Of a DNA stretch of 35,277 nucleotides, positions 27,647 through 35,277 are shown one piece after another. Source of the stretch: a virus. Lineage: Duplodnaviria > Heunggongvirae > Uroviricota > Caudoviricetes. The translations under genes and the position numbers were made by a program. Every line of letters begins with the position of its first letter. The stretch's first letter is position 1. The notes below the pieces were generated by a model, which had not been told where the DNA came from, searched no databases, and saw only the letters and a list, made by a program, of their open reading frames with translations. Location of the stretch: the IMG/VR virus record IMGVR_UViG_651053023_000020; one strand, 5' to 3'.

Positions 27647-27755
27647 TTACGGGATTCTGAAATCCCGTTTTTGCCTGTTTTGTGCGCGCTTCATATATCG
27701 CTGCGCGTTTTTTGCTCATTTACGGGATTCGTGAGTCCCGTTTCTGTCTGTTTTT
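27647..27755. repeat. two about 36-bp direct repeats each containing a hairpin (candidate parC-like centromere/operator)
   Basis: ttacgggattctgaaatcccgtttttgcctgtttt (27647-27682) and ttacgggattcgtgagtcccgtttctgtctgtttt (27719-27755); second copy overlaps the 3' end of gene A. Confidence 0.5.
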
Positions 27756-30512
27756 GTTTCCGCTGGTCAGGCCACCCCGCAGCAGGTCTGCTTTGCGGCG
27801 GGCGCGTTCAGTGGTTTCACTGATTCTCTGTGCGTGCTCTGCGTCGCGGATGGCGCGCAGCATGTCAGAAAGCACGGTAACGGGTGTTTTCATGGTGTTC
27901 TGGTCCTGCTGAAGTGTGGATGCCAGGCGTGCGGCGGCTTCAGGGTCTGATGCCCCCAGCTGTGCCAGATAGCTGGCGGCCGGGTTATGGCGGATCTCCG
28001 TGCTGCTTACGCCGTGATTACGGCTCAGGCGCTGCCAGAGCTGCGTGATTCGGCTGTCCGGGCGGGTATCCGGTTTGCGTACAATTTCAAATCCCTGCGG
28101 TGCAATGATGCTGCCGTCAACGTACAGACTGCCGCCCCGTAACAGGTGCTGCATCTGTTGTTCACCGATATGCAGGCCGAGAGATTCAGCAGACTCCCGC
28201 CATTCTTTAGCGAGTAACTCGTGGTTATCAGGCAAAGGCCGCTGCTGTTTGCGGCTCTGTGTCCAGTTCTGCATTTCATCGCTGCTGTTTTTTGCCTGTT
28301 TGTCACGAAGCGAACGCATCAGCGCCCGGCGTTCGTGCCGTTTCAGTGAGCGCATCCATTCATTTACTTCAACGCCGTCAGGAAGCTGCGGCCACGGTGC
28401 TGGCCGTTCTTCCGGCTGTTCTGTCCCGTTGTTGCCTGTTTCCTGTACACGGGGACAGTTATTGCCACGAGTCCAAGGGGCGGTAGGGCCGCCCTGAAGG
28501 TCAAAACCATTTTCGCGGGCGCTGTCTTCCGCTTCCGGTTTACGTCTTACCAGCTTCCAGTTATCCGGGTGCGTGCACACGCGGGAAGACTCCCCGATGA
28601 GCGGCGACCAGATCCCGTAAATCTGTACACTCTGCTCGCCGTAATCGTTCAGCTCATCTGCGAGGTCGTAGGCGGTGCGAATCAGGTAGTCTTTACGTGG
28701 AACAAGTACGCCGCCCTGTTTTTCAATGTAGGAGGCAAAACACCCGGCATCAGCGGCAGCGAGTACCGCATCCATTGCATCATCCTTCAGCCGTTGCGGG
28801 CCTTCCGGGTTGCGTGCCATCTGGCTGGCAAGGCGGCGGAGTTCACGCCATACCTGACGGGAGGGGATGCCAAAGAACTGGAACTGGCGGACCCGATGAA
28901 GACGCGCCCAGCCAATGGCGCGCTCCACGCTCTCGGCCATTGATTTTCCGGTTTCGTGGTCAACGCGTGGCTTGCCCGTTTTCGGGTCGATGCCATCTAC
29001 GGCGCGGCTGTCCAGGTTTTTTCCGATGTAGGTCGCGATATAGCTGGTTGGTGTGCCTTTTGAGCCGTCGACATACTCCGCCTTAAAGCGCGGAGTAATA
29101 TCATCGCCCAGTTCGTGACGATCTTCCTGAATGGCAATATCGCGGGTGATGGCCACGATGCTGTCGATTTCTTCCGGATGAGCAAAGACCATCATATGCC
29201 AGTGCACGGTGCCGTCATGGTGAGGCTCCACCGTGCGGATGCCATACCAGCGCAGGCCGTCGCGGTTCAGTTTTTTGCGGACCGCCGCAAAAAACGTGTT
29301 AACCAGGTAATCGCTGGAGTCGCGCATGGTGGCCCCGTTCCATTTGGGGTTCGGATGACCGTTCTCCGTTGTTGCGTGGTATTTTGACGGGCAGGTGACA
29401 GTCAGAAACACCGCTTTGTCACCACGGGCTTCGGCCAGAAGTTCCAGCCCCTTCATGGTGGCCATCATTTCTGCCTTACGGTGAACCGGGTTACTTACTC
29501 CCGCGTAATACACTGTCTCGAGATCAATCGTGAACCCGTCTTCATTTTCCAGCATGAAACTTTTCAGGAAATCGCGTGTTTTCTCGCGCTGTGCGCGAAA
29601 CTCGCTTAACGCGTCCTGGCTCAGATAGGGCGATGTTTTTCTGGAAACCAGACAGGCGGCGCGGAGTTGTTCTTCTCTCCACTCGCAACGTAACAGCCAC
29701 AGTTTGCGTTTCCACCATTCTGCACAGGTCAGGCGAAGGATTGCGCCCGGCAGCAGCTCCGTGTCCGGTTCGTTCCTCCGGTCTTTGTCTGTTGTCAGTG
29801 CGTCATAATGTGGAGGCATGGCGTGCAGGTGTAACGCCATGCGGGCCAGCATCTGATACGCCTTCAGCGTTACATCCATGGTCAGTTCGCCATCGGTCGC
29901 GCCAAAGCCATCGCAGAGTTTTTCGAAGGTGCTGCTGAACATCGCCGCCGTCATGGTGGCCAGTGTCTGTATCTGGTGTTTGTTGAGCTGCGGCAGGTAA
30001 AGCAAATCGTCCAGGCGTTCGCGTCCGGCAAGGGAGCGATAACCCTGTGTCAGCCAGCGGTGATCGGTGCGCTCCAGACGTTCGAATATTTTGCGCAGGT
30101 TTCCGCGCGCGTAGCGTTCAGCCTGCCAGCTCTTTTTGCCTTTCTGACGATCGGCTTCCTGTTTTTTGCGCAGGAAGGAGAGGTGGCGAATAAGCGGATC
30201 GCGCAGATAGGACGGCAGCAGGCGCAGCGAGGCCATGGCTTCATCCACCGCGCCGCGTGCCTGTTTTCTGGCATCTCCTGCCAGTGTGATGGTTTTGTCC
30301 TGTTTTTCCTGTGCGTCCAGGCTTTTATTAATCAGGTTGCCCAGCGGCGTTGCGGAGAACGCCGCATCAGCCATTTCCTGGCGGCGCTCGTTCTCTACCC
30401 GGTAGGCATCCAGCCAGGAGGAAAGCGCGGATTCAGGAGCGGGGATCCCCGTTCCTTCACGCCCCACTGCGTGGCGCGGTTGTTGCCAGTCCCTGATGTA
30501 CTCTGCCGTCAT
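27720..30512 (-). CDS. A: replication initiation protein gpA (rolling-circle endonuclease)
   Basis: 930-aa ORF with HUH-like GTVHWHMMVF and YIATYIGKN motifs; noticeably longer than the P2 A length I recall. Confidence 0.85.
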   Translation of the reverse strand: MTAEYIRDWQQPRHAVGREGTGIPAPESALSSWLDAYRVENERRQEMADAAFSATPLGNLINKSLDAQEKQDKTITLAGDARKQARGAVDEAMASLRLLPSYLRDPLIRHLSFLRKKQEADRQKGKKSWQAERYARGNLRKIFERLERTDHRWLTQGYRSLAGRERLDDLLYLPQLNKHQIQTLATMTAAMFSSTFEKLCDGFGATDGELTMDVTLKAYQMLARMALHLHAMPPHYDALTTDKDRRNEPDTELLPGAILRLTCAEWWKRKLWLLRCEWREEQLRAACLVSRKTSPYLSQDALSEFRAQREKTRDFLKSFMLENEDGFTIDLETVYYAGVSNPVHRKAEMMATMKGLELLAEARGDKAVFLTVTCPSKYHATTENGHPNPKWNGATMRDSSDYLVNTFFAAVRKKLNRDGLRWYGIRTVEPHHDGTVHWHMMVFAHPEEIDSIVAITRDIAIQEDRHELGDDITPRFKAEYVDGSKGTPTSYIATYIGKNLDSRAVDGIDPKTGKPRVDHETGKSMAESVERAIGWARLHRVRQFQFFGIPSRQVWRELRRLASQMARNPEGPQRLKDDAMDAVLAAADAGCFASYIEKQGGVLVPRKDYLIRTAYDLADELNDYGEQSVQIYGIWSPLIGESSRVCTHPDNWKLVRRKPEAEDSARENGFDLQGGPTAPWTRGNNCPRVQETGNNGTEQPEERPAPWPQLPDGVEVNEWMRSLKRHERRALMRSLRDKQAKNSSDEMQNWTQSRKQQRPLPDNHELLAKEWRESAESLGLHIGEQQMQHLLRGGSLYVDGSIIAPQGFEIVRKPDTRPDSRITQLWQRLSRNHGVSSTEIRHNPAASYLAQLGASDPEAAARLASTLQQDQNTMKTPVTVLSDMLRAIRDAEHAQRISETTERARRKADLLRGGLTSGNKNRQKRDSRIP

Positions 30513-30518
30513 AGTGAT

Positions 30519-30884
30519 TTACTTCGTCATGCCATTCAGGGTGTCGCGGCAGACTGTAGCCAGCCGCTGAATTTCCAGCACGGTGTCTTCTGTGTCGGCA
30601 TGGCGATGTGTGATGCGGATGCTGTCGGCAATCACATCGACGATTGCAGAGGATGGGCGCTGGTAAATGCCAATAACGGACGGGGTGCCACCTTCAATGC
30701 GGTAAAGCCTGTAATTTCCCTCGTGGCTGTCAATCATGTAACGACCATCAATAACAATCTTTCCGTCAGCGAGCTGCGGTACAGGCAGGGATTTCAGGTA
30801 CATGTCATAACGATCACGCACGCGAGCGGCAAGATCACGCTCTGTGTTGAGCAGGTATTCAAGAAAGTCGTTGGCGAGAATCAT
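30519..30884 (-). CDS. hypothetical early protein
   Basis: 121-aa ORF directly upstream of A on the same strand. Confidence 0.5.
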   Translation of the reverse strand: MILANDFLEYLLNTERDLAARVRDRYDMYLKSLPVPQLADGKIVIDGRYMIDSHEGNYRLYRIEGGTPSVIGIYQRPSSAIVDVIADSIRITHRHADTEDTVLEIQRLATVCRDTLNGMTK

Positions 30885-30956
30885 TGCGGCAATCCTCTTG
30901 TTACAGATGTGCGAAGGCCTCCCGCCGCAAGGTGCAGGAAAGGCCCGGAACAGGAA

Positions 30957-31187
30957 TTAATGGAGTTTGTTTTGCTGCTGGATGAGATCCTGAAGAGACA
31001 GGAGGTCTTCCGCCAGATAGCTGAATACAGCGGCGCAGTAGTCGGCTGAAATAGTGCTGTTGAGTCTGTGCAATGTGTTGGATTGCATGATAAAGGCGAT
31101 GTGTGCAGCGCGGGTGAGTCTGCGATCGATTTCAGTCTGGATGTGACGACGCTCCGCGATAGTGCGGTGCTGTTTGCGGTTTGCCAT
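30957..31187 (-). CDS. hypothetical small early protein
   Basis: 76-aa ORF with AAGAGG SD. Confidence 0.45.
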   Translation of the reverse strand: MANRKQHRTIAERRHIQTEIDRRLTRAAHIAFIMQSNTLHRLNSTISADYCAAVFSYLAEDLLSLQDLIQQQNKLH

Positions 31188-31368
31188 GGTGTTTGGCCTC
31201 TTCGTTTGTGAGTTTTTGGATACTCACCAACCAGAGTTGAGAATCTCGGGGTGGCGAGACGTACGGGGTTCTCAACACCGGCAAACGAAGAAACCGGCCC
31301 GACCGAAGTCGGCCCCGTACGCCCCACCATAATTCTGATGCGAAAAAGACGTGGCAATACAGTACGCA

Positions 31369-31389
31369 CAAAAAAACCGCTGGCGCGGT
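31369..31389 (-). terminator. intrinsic terminator-like hairpin inside early operon
   Basis: Minus strand reads AACCGC-GCCA-GCGGTT followed by TTTTTTT. Confidence 0.5.
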
Positions 31390-31512
31390 TGTGCGCTTCG
31401 TTTGTCAGCAGGTTGAGAATCCCGGCACCCGTTTTATGAGGTGCAGCGGAAATGTAACCTGACTGATTGCGGTATGGCAAGCGGTTTTTTTGTGTGTGCA
31501 TGTTCTGGTTTC

Positions 31513-31812
31513 TTAGTGGTTCAGAAAAAAATCAAAAACCTTGTCAATGCGTTGCAGCAGCTCTTGCTGTATTGCTTCCGGCGTTTCCGGTTCGCCTGGC
31601 GCCTCCAACGTCGCGCAGAAATCCTCGATTTCATGACGGAGCGTCAGGCGAATGGCGAGAGGTGTGGTTCTGGCGTGCTCCAGCTCATCCAGCAGCGCCA
31701 GCACAGCAGACGGCGAGAGCATTGCGCGAAACGCCAGTAATTTTTGAGGCGTTGCCATTCGTTGCAGGTCAGTCGCCAGTTCGCGTAATTCCTGGTGGTT
31801 GATGGCGCTCAT
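31513..31812 (-). CDS. hypothetical early protein
   Basis: 99-aa ORF overlapping stop of upstream gene. Confidence 0.5.
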   Translation of the reverse strand: MSAINHQELRELATDLQRMATPQKLLAFRAMLSPSAVLALLDELEHARTTPLAIRLTLRHEIEDFCATLEAPGEPETPEAIQQELLQRIDKVFDFFLNH

Positions 31813-32054
31813 GCTCTGGCTTCCTTCAGTAGCTGGTTAAACATGTTGGTAAGTGGATTGCCGCACCCGAACGGCATCGGGTTTATCTGGTAAGAAAAGC
31901 GACCGCCTGTTTTGCGCTCTTTTCTTATGACTGAACCGCTGCGCCAGAGTCGGCGTAACTCCACATTAATGGCTGTGGTTGGGGTATTCAGTGCTGCGGC
32001 GATTTCTCCACCGCTACACCCCGGATTGGCGGCGATATAGTCCAGAATGGTCAT
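31809..32054 (-). CDS. small winged-helix-like DNA-binding protein (tentative)
   Basis: 81 aa, ILDYIAANPGCSGGEIAAAL resembles an HTH/wHTH N-terminus; weak. Confidence 0.45.
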   Translation of the reverse strand: MTILDYIAANPGCSGGEIAAALNTPTTAINVELRRLWRSGSVIRKERKTGGRFSYQINPMPFGCGNPLTNMFNQLLKEARA

Positions 32055-32254
32055 CTGCGTGACTCCTGTACCTGTCGGATAAGGTTCACCCGCACCACAT
32101 TCGTGGCGCAGAAGTAAGTGTCGTCAGTGAGATAAATGTGATGCGCGTCAGGTTGCGAACGGTGACGGTCGAGCGTTTTAATCAGCCGTTCGTCAACTTC
32201 GTATTCACGTCCTCTGGAAGTGAAACGAACGACGGTAAATCGCTTAATTGCCAT
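32051..32254 (-). CDS. hypothetical early protein
   Basis: 67-aa ORF with AAGGAGG SD. Confidence 0.45.
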   Translation of the reverse strand: MAIKRFTVVRFTSRGREYEVDERLIKTLDRHRSQPDAHHIYLTDDTYFCATNVVRVNLIRQVQESRR

Positions 32255-32340
32255 TGCGCCTCCTTGGCGTGTGCGAATACCTCCGCGAATGCGGATTGTT
32301 TTTACATTTTCTTATTTAACCTGTGGTTTTATTTGCTCTG

Positions 32341-32454
32341 TTATTCGCCAGTGAAAAAGCGTTCAATCTTTTTTACTGAATGAATAATTCGCATAATCCC
32401 AATGGCGCAGGCCACCGAAATAATCAGAACAAGCCATGAGATAAATATACTCAT
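32341..32454 (-). CDS. 37-aa hydrophobic peptide (MSIFISWLVLIISVACAIGIMRIIHSVKKIERFFTGE), not in ORF track
   Basis: ATG overlaps stop of upstream gene (TCATG coupling); single predicted TM helix followed by basic tail. Confidence 0.4.
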   Translation of the reverse strand: MSIFISWLVLIISVACAIGIMRIIHSVKKIERFFTGE

Positions 32455-32696
32455 GCAATATTCCCCAGCTTATACGGTTCAATATGTTCCCCGCATTCTG
32501 CGGCACAGATCAGCTCGGAAAGTTCGTTAAGTGCATCCAGATCATCAGCGTAAAAAGCCACGTCATACAGACTCCGGATTGCCCTGGTCAATGAGTCACG
32601 GGCTGCACGTTCAGCATGAGCGCCTGATGCGCTTAAGCGAAAATAAAAACGCTCAAGTGCTTTGTTAATGAGAGTTTTATATTCTTTGCCCATCAC
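32451..32696 (-). CDS. hypothetical early protein
   Basis: 81-aa ORF in early operon. Confidence 0.45.
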   Translation of the reverse strand: MMGKEYKTLINKALERFYFRLSASGAHAERAARDSLTRAIRSLYDVAFYADDLDALNELSELICAAECGEHIEPYKLGNIA

Positions 32697-32704
32697 AACG
32701 CCCT

Positions 32705-32983
32705 TTAATCTGCTTTCTTAATTTCAGCTTCTGAATCCATACAAATAATTTCGATATAGGGTTCATCGCCATTAGCTTGGCGCGCTTTTTCAGCTTCGTT
32801 AATGGCTTCGCGAACGGTCTGGTACGGAAGCTCCACGATCAGTTGTGCGTTGTTCGCATAAACGTGAGTAACTGCTTTTTTTTCTGCCTGGGCTACAGCA
32901 TCAATAGCTGATGCACGTAATAACAGTTCACCGCGAAAATCAATAAAACGGATAAATACACCTTGTGCATACTCTTTGGTCAT
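32705..32983 (-). CDS. hypothetical early protein
   Basis: 92-aa ORF in early operon. Confidence 0.45.
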   Translation of the reverse strand: MTKEYAQGVFIRFIDFRGELLLRASAIDAVAQAEKKAVTHVYANNAQLIVELPYQTVREAINEAEKARQANGDEPYIEIICMDSEAEIKKAD

Positions 32984-32993
32984 AAATCACCTG

Positions 32994-33344
32994 TTATAAA
33001 TCAACCTGTTTAATAAAACTTTGTCCGCGAAGCAGACGATCAACCGTGCGAAGTGCTTCGTATAATGTGAAATCCTGCCCGAACTGATTGTCGCCGCTGC
33101 TCAGTGCAAAAATGCGGTTTCCGGTAAACGGATTGCGTGGGCATTTGTGGACCACGATTCCAGCTTTCTCAATCAACCAGGCGTGCTCGCCGATTTGTTT
33201 TACTGGGTAGCCATCCGGCGTTGCGTGTGTTTCGCTCAGGCTGTAGCGAGAGTTGCTACGTGATGCACTGGTAGCGAAACGGTTAGCATGGCGTTCCGCC
33301 CCGTTGCGGAAGCGCTGCTGTGAAGAATTGCGACGTTCCTTCAT
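32994..33344 (-). CDS. hypothetical early protein (position of P2 orf78/B or 186 cII-like gene)
   Basis: 116-aa ORF directly downstream of cox. Confidence 0.45.
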   Translation of the reverse strand: MKERRNSSQQRFRNGAERHANRFATSASRSNSRYSLSETHATPDGYPVKQIGEHAWLIEKAGIVVHKCPRNPFTGNRIFALSSGDNQFGQDFTLYEALRTVDRLLRGQSFIKQVDL

Positions 33345-33381
33345 ATCAAAATACTCCGCCTAAAATGAATAATGGTTTGAG

Positions 33382-33636
33382 TTATGCTGCTTTACCGCTG
33401 ATATTTCTGTTTCGTCTGCCACTTGTTGGCTTAAACAAAAACAGACGGTTTTCCCAGTCGTGCCATTCCTGAGGTGCGTTTTCGATGAGGCGATCGCATG
33501 CTTCATCCCACGCTTTTCTGTTGATGTAGAGTTCAGCGTTTCCGCCTGGCTTGAGAGGGTCCGCCATATACACCGCAGGTAGCTTTCCTGCTTTTGCCAT
33601 GCTTACGATGGCATCAACGGTCTTTCCGATATACAT
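33382..33636 (-). CDS. cox: Cox-like excisionase / early repressor
   Basis: GKTVDAIVSMAKAGKLPAV...W pattern resembles P2 Cox HTH region; start placed at ATG 33636 with AAGGA SD rather than track's 33807. Confidence 0.7.
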   Translation of the reverse strand: MYIGKTVDAIVSMAKAGKLPAVYMADPLKPGGNAELYINRKAWDEACDRLIENAPQEWHDWENRLFLFKPTSGRRNRNISGKAA

Positions 33637-33915
33637 CGCAAATCCTTCTTTTGACAGGAGATGCGAGGGATTTTCTGAAAGTCGAATTTCTTCACGTTCA
33701 CGTGCTTTGCGTCCTGTTTTTTGATGCTCACCTTCTGGCATTTCTGACAGGTGATCGCATCGTGTTCCGCAAAGTGACTCAGGCGCGTTTTGAGTGCTTT
33801 CTTGCATCTGATATCCTCCGCTATTGGTGCTTTCTTCTAACTAGCACCATTTAGAACTAGTTAGCGCAATTCGTTGTGTGTTAATTGATGTATAAACTAA
33901 GTGAGTTAACTTACT
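33637..33915. promoter_or_regulatory. immunity switch region (expected face-to-face Pe/Pc promoters) with dyad repeat CTAACTAG...CTAGTTAG at 33837-33865
   Basis: Intergenic region between divergently oriented cox and C; operator-like inverted and direct TAG-containing repeats; promoter positions not determined. Confidence 0.4.
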
Positions 33916-34215
33916 ATGTCAACTACCGTAGCTATGAAAATTCGCATCATGCGGAAGTCAGAAATGCTTACACAAGAAAAAATGGCAGAGATTACTGGGC
34001 TTACTCTTGCTGCATTAAGGCAATATGAGCAAGGACGAAATGAACCCAACCTTGAGTCAACAAAAAAGCTTCTGAAAGCCCCCATGTTCCGTAAGTACCG
34101 CGACTGGTTTTTGTTTGATGAAGTTGAACCCAAGGCCGGGCAGGTTGTACCGGCTCTCGCACACATTGGGCAAGGCGAAGCGGAATCATCCCGCTCCGGC
34201 AAGAAAACTGGTTAA
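33916..34215 (+). CDS. C: immunity repressor C (P2 C-type, 99 aa)
   Basis: Length and sequence (..K..LMRKSE.L......A..TG........YE.GR..P.......L..P.F.KY..WF.........GQ..PALAH.GQ.E..S..SG.KTG) match P2 C as recalled. Confidence 0.85.
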   Translation: MSTTVAMKIRIMRKSEMLTQEKMAEITGLTLAALRQYEQGRNEPNLESTKKLLKAPMFRKYRDWFLFDEVEPKAGQVVPALAHIGQGEAESSRSGKKTG

Positions 34216-34281
34216 CGGTTCACCAGGCATTTATTTCCCAGAGCTGTGATCAAGATGATGTTTTCATTGGAGGGCTTCCTT

Positions 34282-35277
34282 ATGTCGATTAAGAAGCTCG
34301 CTAATGGCAAATTTTGTGTGGACGTGCGGCCAGCTGGATCAGAAGGAAAGAGATTCAGGCGGCGATTTGATACTCGTGGTGAGGCTGTTTTGTATGAGCG
34401 TCATGTATTGCAGCATTACCACGACAAAGATTGGGTTGATAAGCCAACAGAACGGCGCTCGCTGAGGGAGTTGCTGGATTGTTGGTGGCTATACCACGGG
34501 AAAAATCATCCTTACGGTGCGATGGAGCGAGTGCGTATTTCTGCGGTCATTAGTGATCTTGAAAGTATTAATGTTACACGCAGTGACCAACTTACTCGTA
34601 AGAACATAATTAATTATCGGTTATTGTTGCTTAATCGCGGAATAAAACAATCCACGGTTAATCGTTATTGCGCAATGATGAGTGGTTTCTTCACAAAACT
34701 AATTGACGCAGAGGAATATTCTGGGGCTAATCCGTTTCATGATGTGAAAAAACTTAATATCAAACAGCCTGAAATGGCTTATTTGTATCATGAAGATATT
34801 CCACGATTACTGGAGTTGTTATCTGGTGATGAATTAAAAGCCGTCTTGTTGTGTCTGGCAACAGGTGGAAGATGGAGTGAGGTTGCAAATATCAAGGGGG
34901 AGCATGTTATTAGCGGCAAAGTCATTTTTATGGAAACCAAAAATGGGAAGCGTCGCGTTATACCTATATCGTCAGAACTGGAGTGCATGATTAAAACAAA
35001 GGCCACTGGTCGTTTAATTTATCCAAGTTATGCAGCTGTCAGAGCTGCTATCAGAAAGGTGAGGCCTGATCTTCCTGAAGGGCAGTCGATACATGTTTTA
35101 CGGCATACCTTTGCCACTCACTTCATGATTAATGGTGGGAATATCATCACTTTGCAGAGAATACTTGGACATAGCACTATTCAGCAGACGATGACTTATG
35201 CCCATTTTGCACCGGATTATCTACAGGATGCTGTGCGCTTTAATCCTGTGGCTGAGTTGTCCAGATATTGCCCATAA
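34282..35277 (+). CDS. int: tyrosine integrase (P2 Int family)
   Basis: C-terminal HxLRHTFATHF...GHS...MTYAHFAPDYL catalytic region; start at ATG 34282 with GGAGGG SD; stop is last codon of window. Confidence 0.9.
   Translation: MSIKKLANGKFCVDVRPAGSEGKRFRRRFDTRGEAVLYERHVLQHYHDKDWVDKPTERRSLRELLDCWWLYHGKNHPYGAMERVRISAVISDLESINVTRSDQLTRKNIINYRLLLLNRGIKQSTVNRYCAMMSGFFTKLIDAEEYSGANPFHDVKKLNIKQPEMAYLYHEDIPRLLELLSGDELKAVLLCLATGGRWSEVANIKGEHVISGKVIFMETKNGKRRVIPISSELECMIKTKATGRLIYPSYAAVRAAIRKVRPDLPEGQSIHVLRHTFATHFMINGGNIITLQRILGHSTIQQTMTYAHFAPDYLQDAVRFNPVAELSRYCP

Larger units (their letters stand above)
512..35277 (-). mobile_element. P2-like temperate phage / prophage, essentially complete; integrase stop coincides with window end, attR side somewhere in 512-930
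   Basis: Conserved P2 gene set and order (ogr, D, tail, tail fibre, baseplate, lysis, head, terminase/portal, A, cox, C, int) recognised from translations; boundaries not resolved. Confidence 0.85.

Noticed and set aside
29976-31049. 357-aa plus-strand ORF opposite gene A and early genes
   Set aside because: Antisense to A and to two small early ORFs; no SD; spurious long frame in GC-rich DNA.
30881-31501. 206-aa minus-strand ORF spanning the structured non-coding element
   Set aside because: S/T/P-rich, runs through a terminator hairpin and overlaps the better-supported 76-aa ORF in another frame.
33382-33807. Extended 141-aa start for cox
   Set aside because: The extension would run through the operator/promoter region; internal ATG 33636 has a good SD and gives a Cox-sized protein.

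Overview
The window is an almost complete P2-like (Peduovirus-type) temperate myovirus prophage, lying in reverse orientation to the canonical P2 map. All protein assignments are from reading the six-frame translations and recalling family signatures; no database search or computation was run. Layout, left to right: two small flank ORFs (DUF4177-like, YidD-like) and a terminator; about 420 bp of non-coding DNA on the presumptive attR side; ogr and D on the minus strand; the tail block FI-FII-E/E'-T-U on the plus strand, which is opposite to what P2 gene order predicts; a Gin/Pin-type invertase with a 2.8 kb invertible tail-fibre segment bounded by two 26-bp gix-like sites; H-I-J-W-V-S-R, the lysis cassette, X-L-M-N-O on the minus strand; divergent terminase P and portal Q; a cos-proximal non-coding stretch; a 3.1 kb accessory operon; replication gene A; the early operon; cox, C repressor and integrase (the window ends at the int stop, so attL lies outside). 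The most interesting region is the accessory operon (24593-27755) in the cos-to-A slot, which I recall as an anti-phage/accessory hotspot in P2-like phages: it carries a ParM/ParR-like plasmid partition pair with centromere-like repeats, a protein with a ClpX-type zinc-finger domain, a small secreted Cys protein, an unknown protein and an Ea22-like protein. Other points worth checking are the apparent inversion of the FI-U block, a +1 frameshift in the tail tube gene, a structured 325-bp non-coding element in the early operon, and an unannotated 37-aa hydrophobic peptide ORF.
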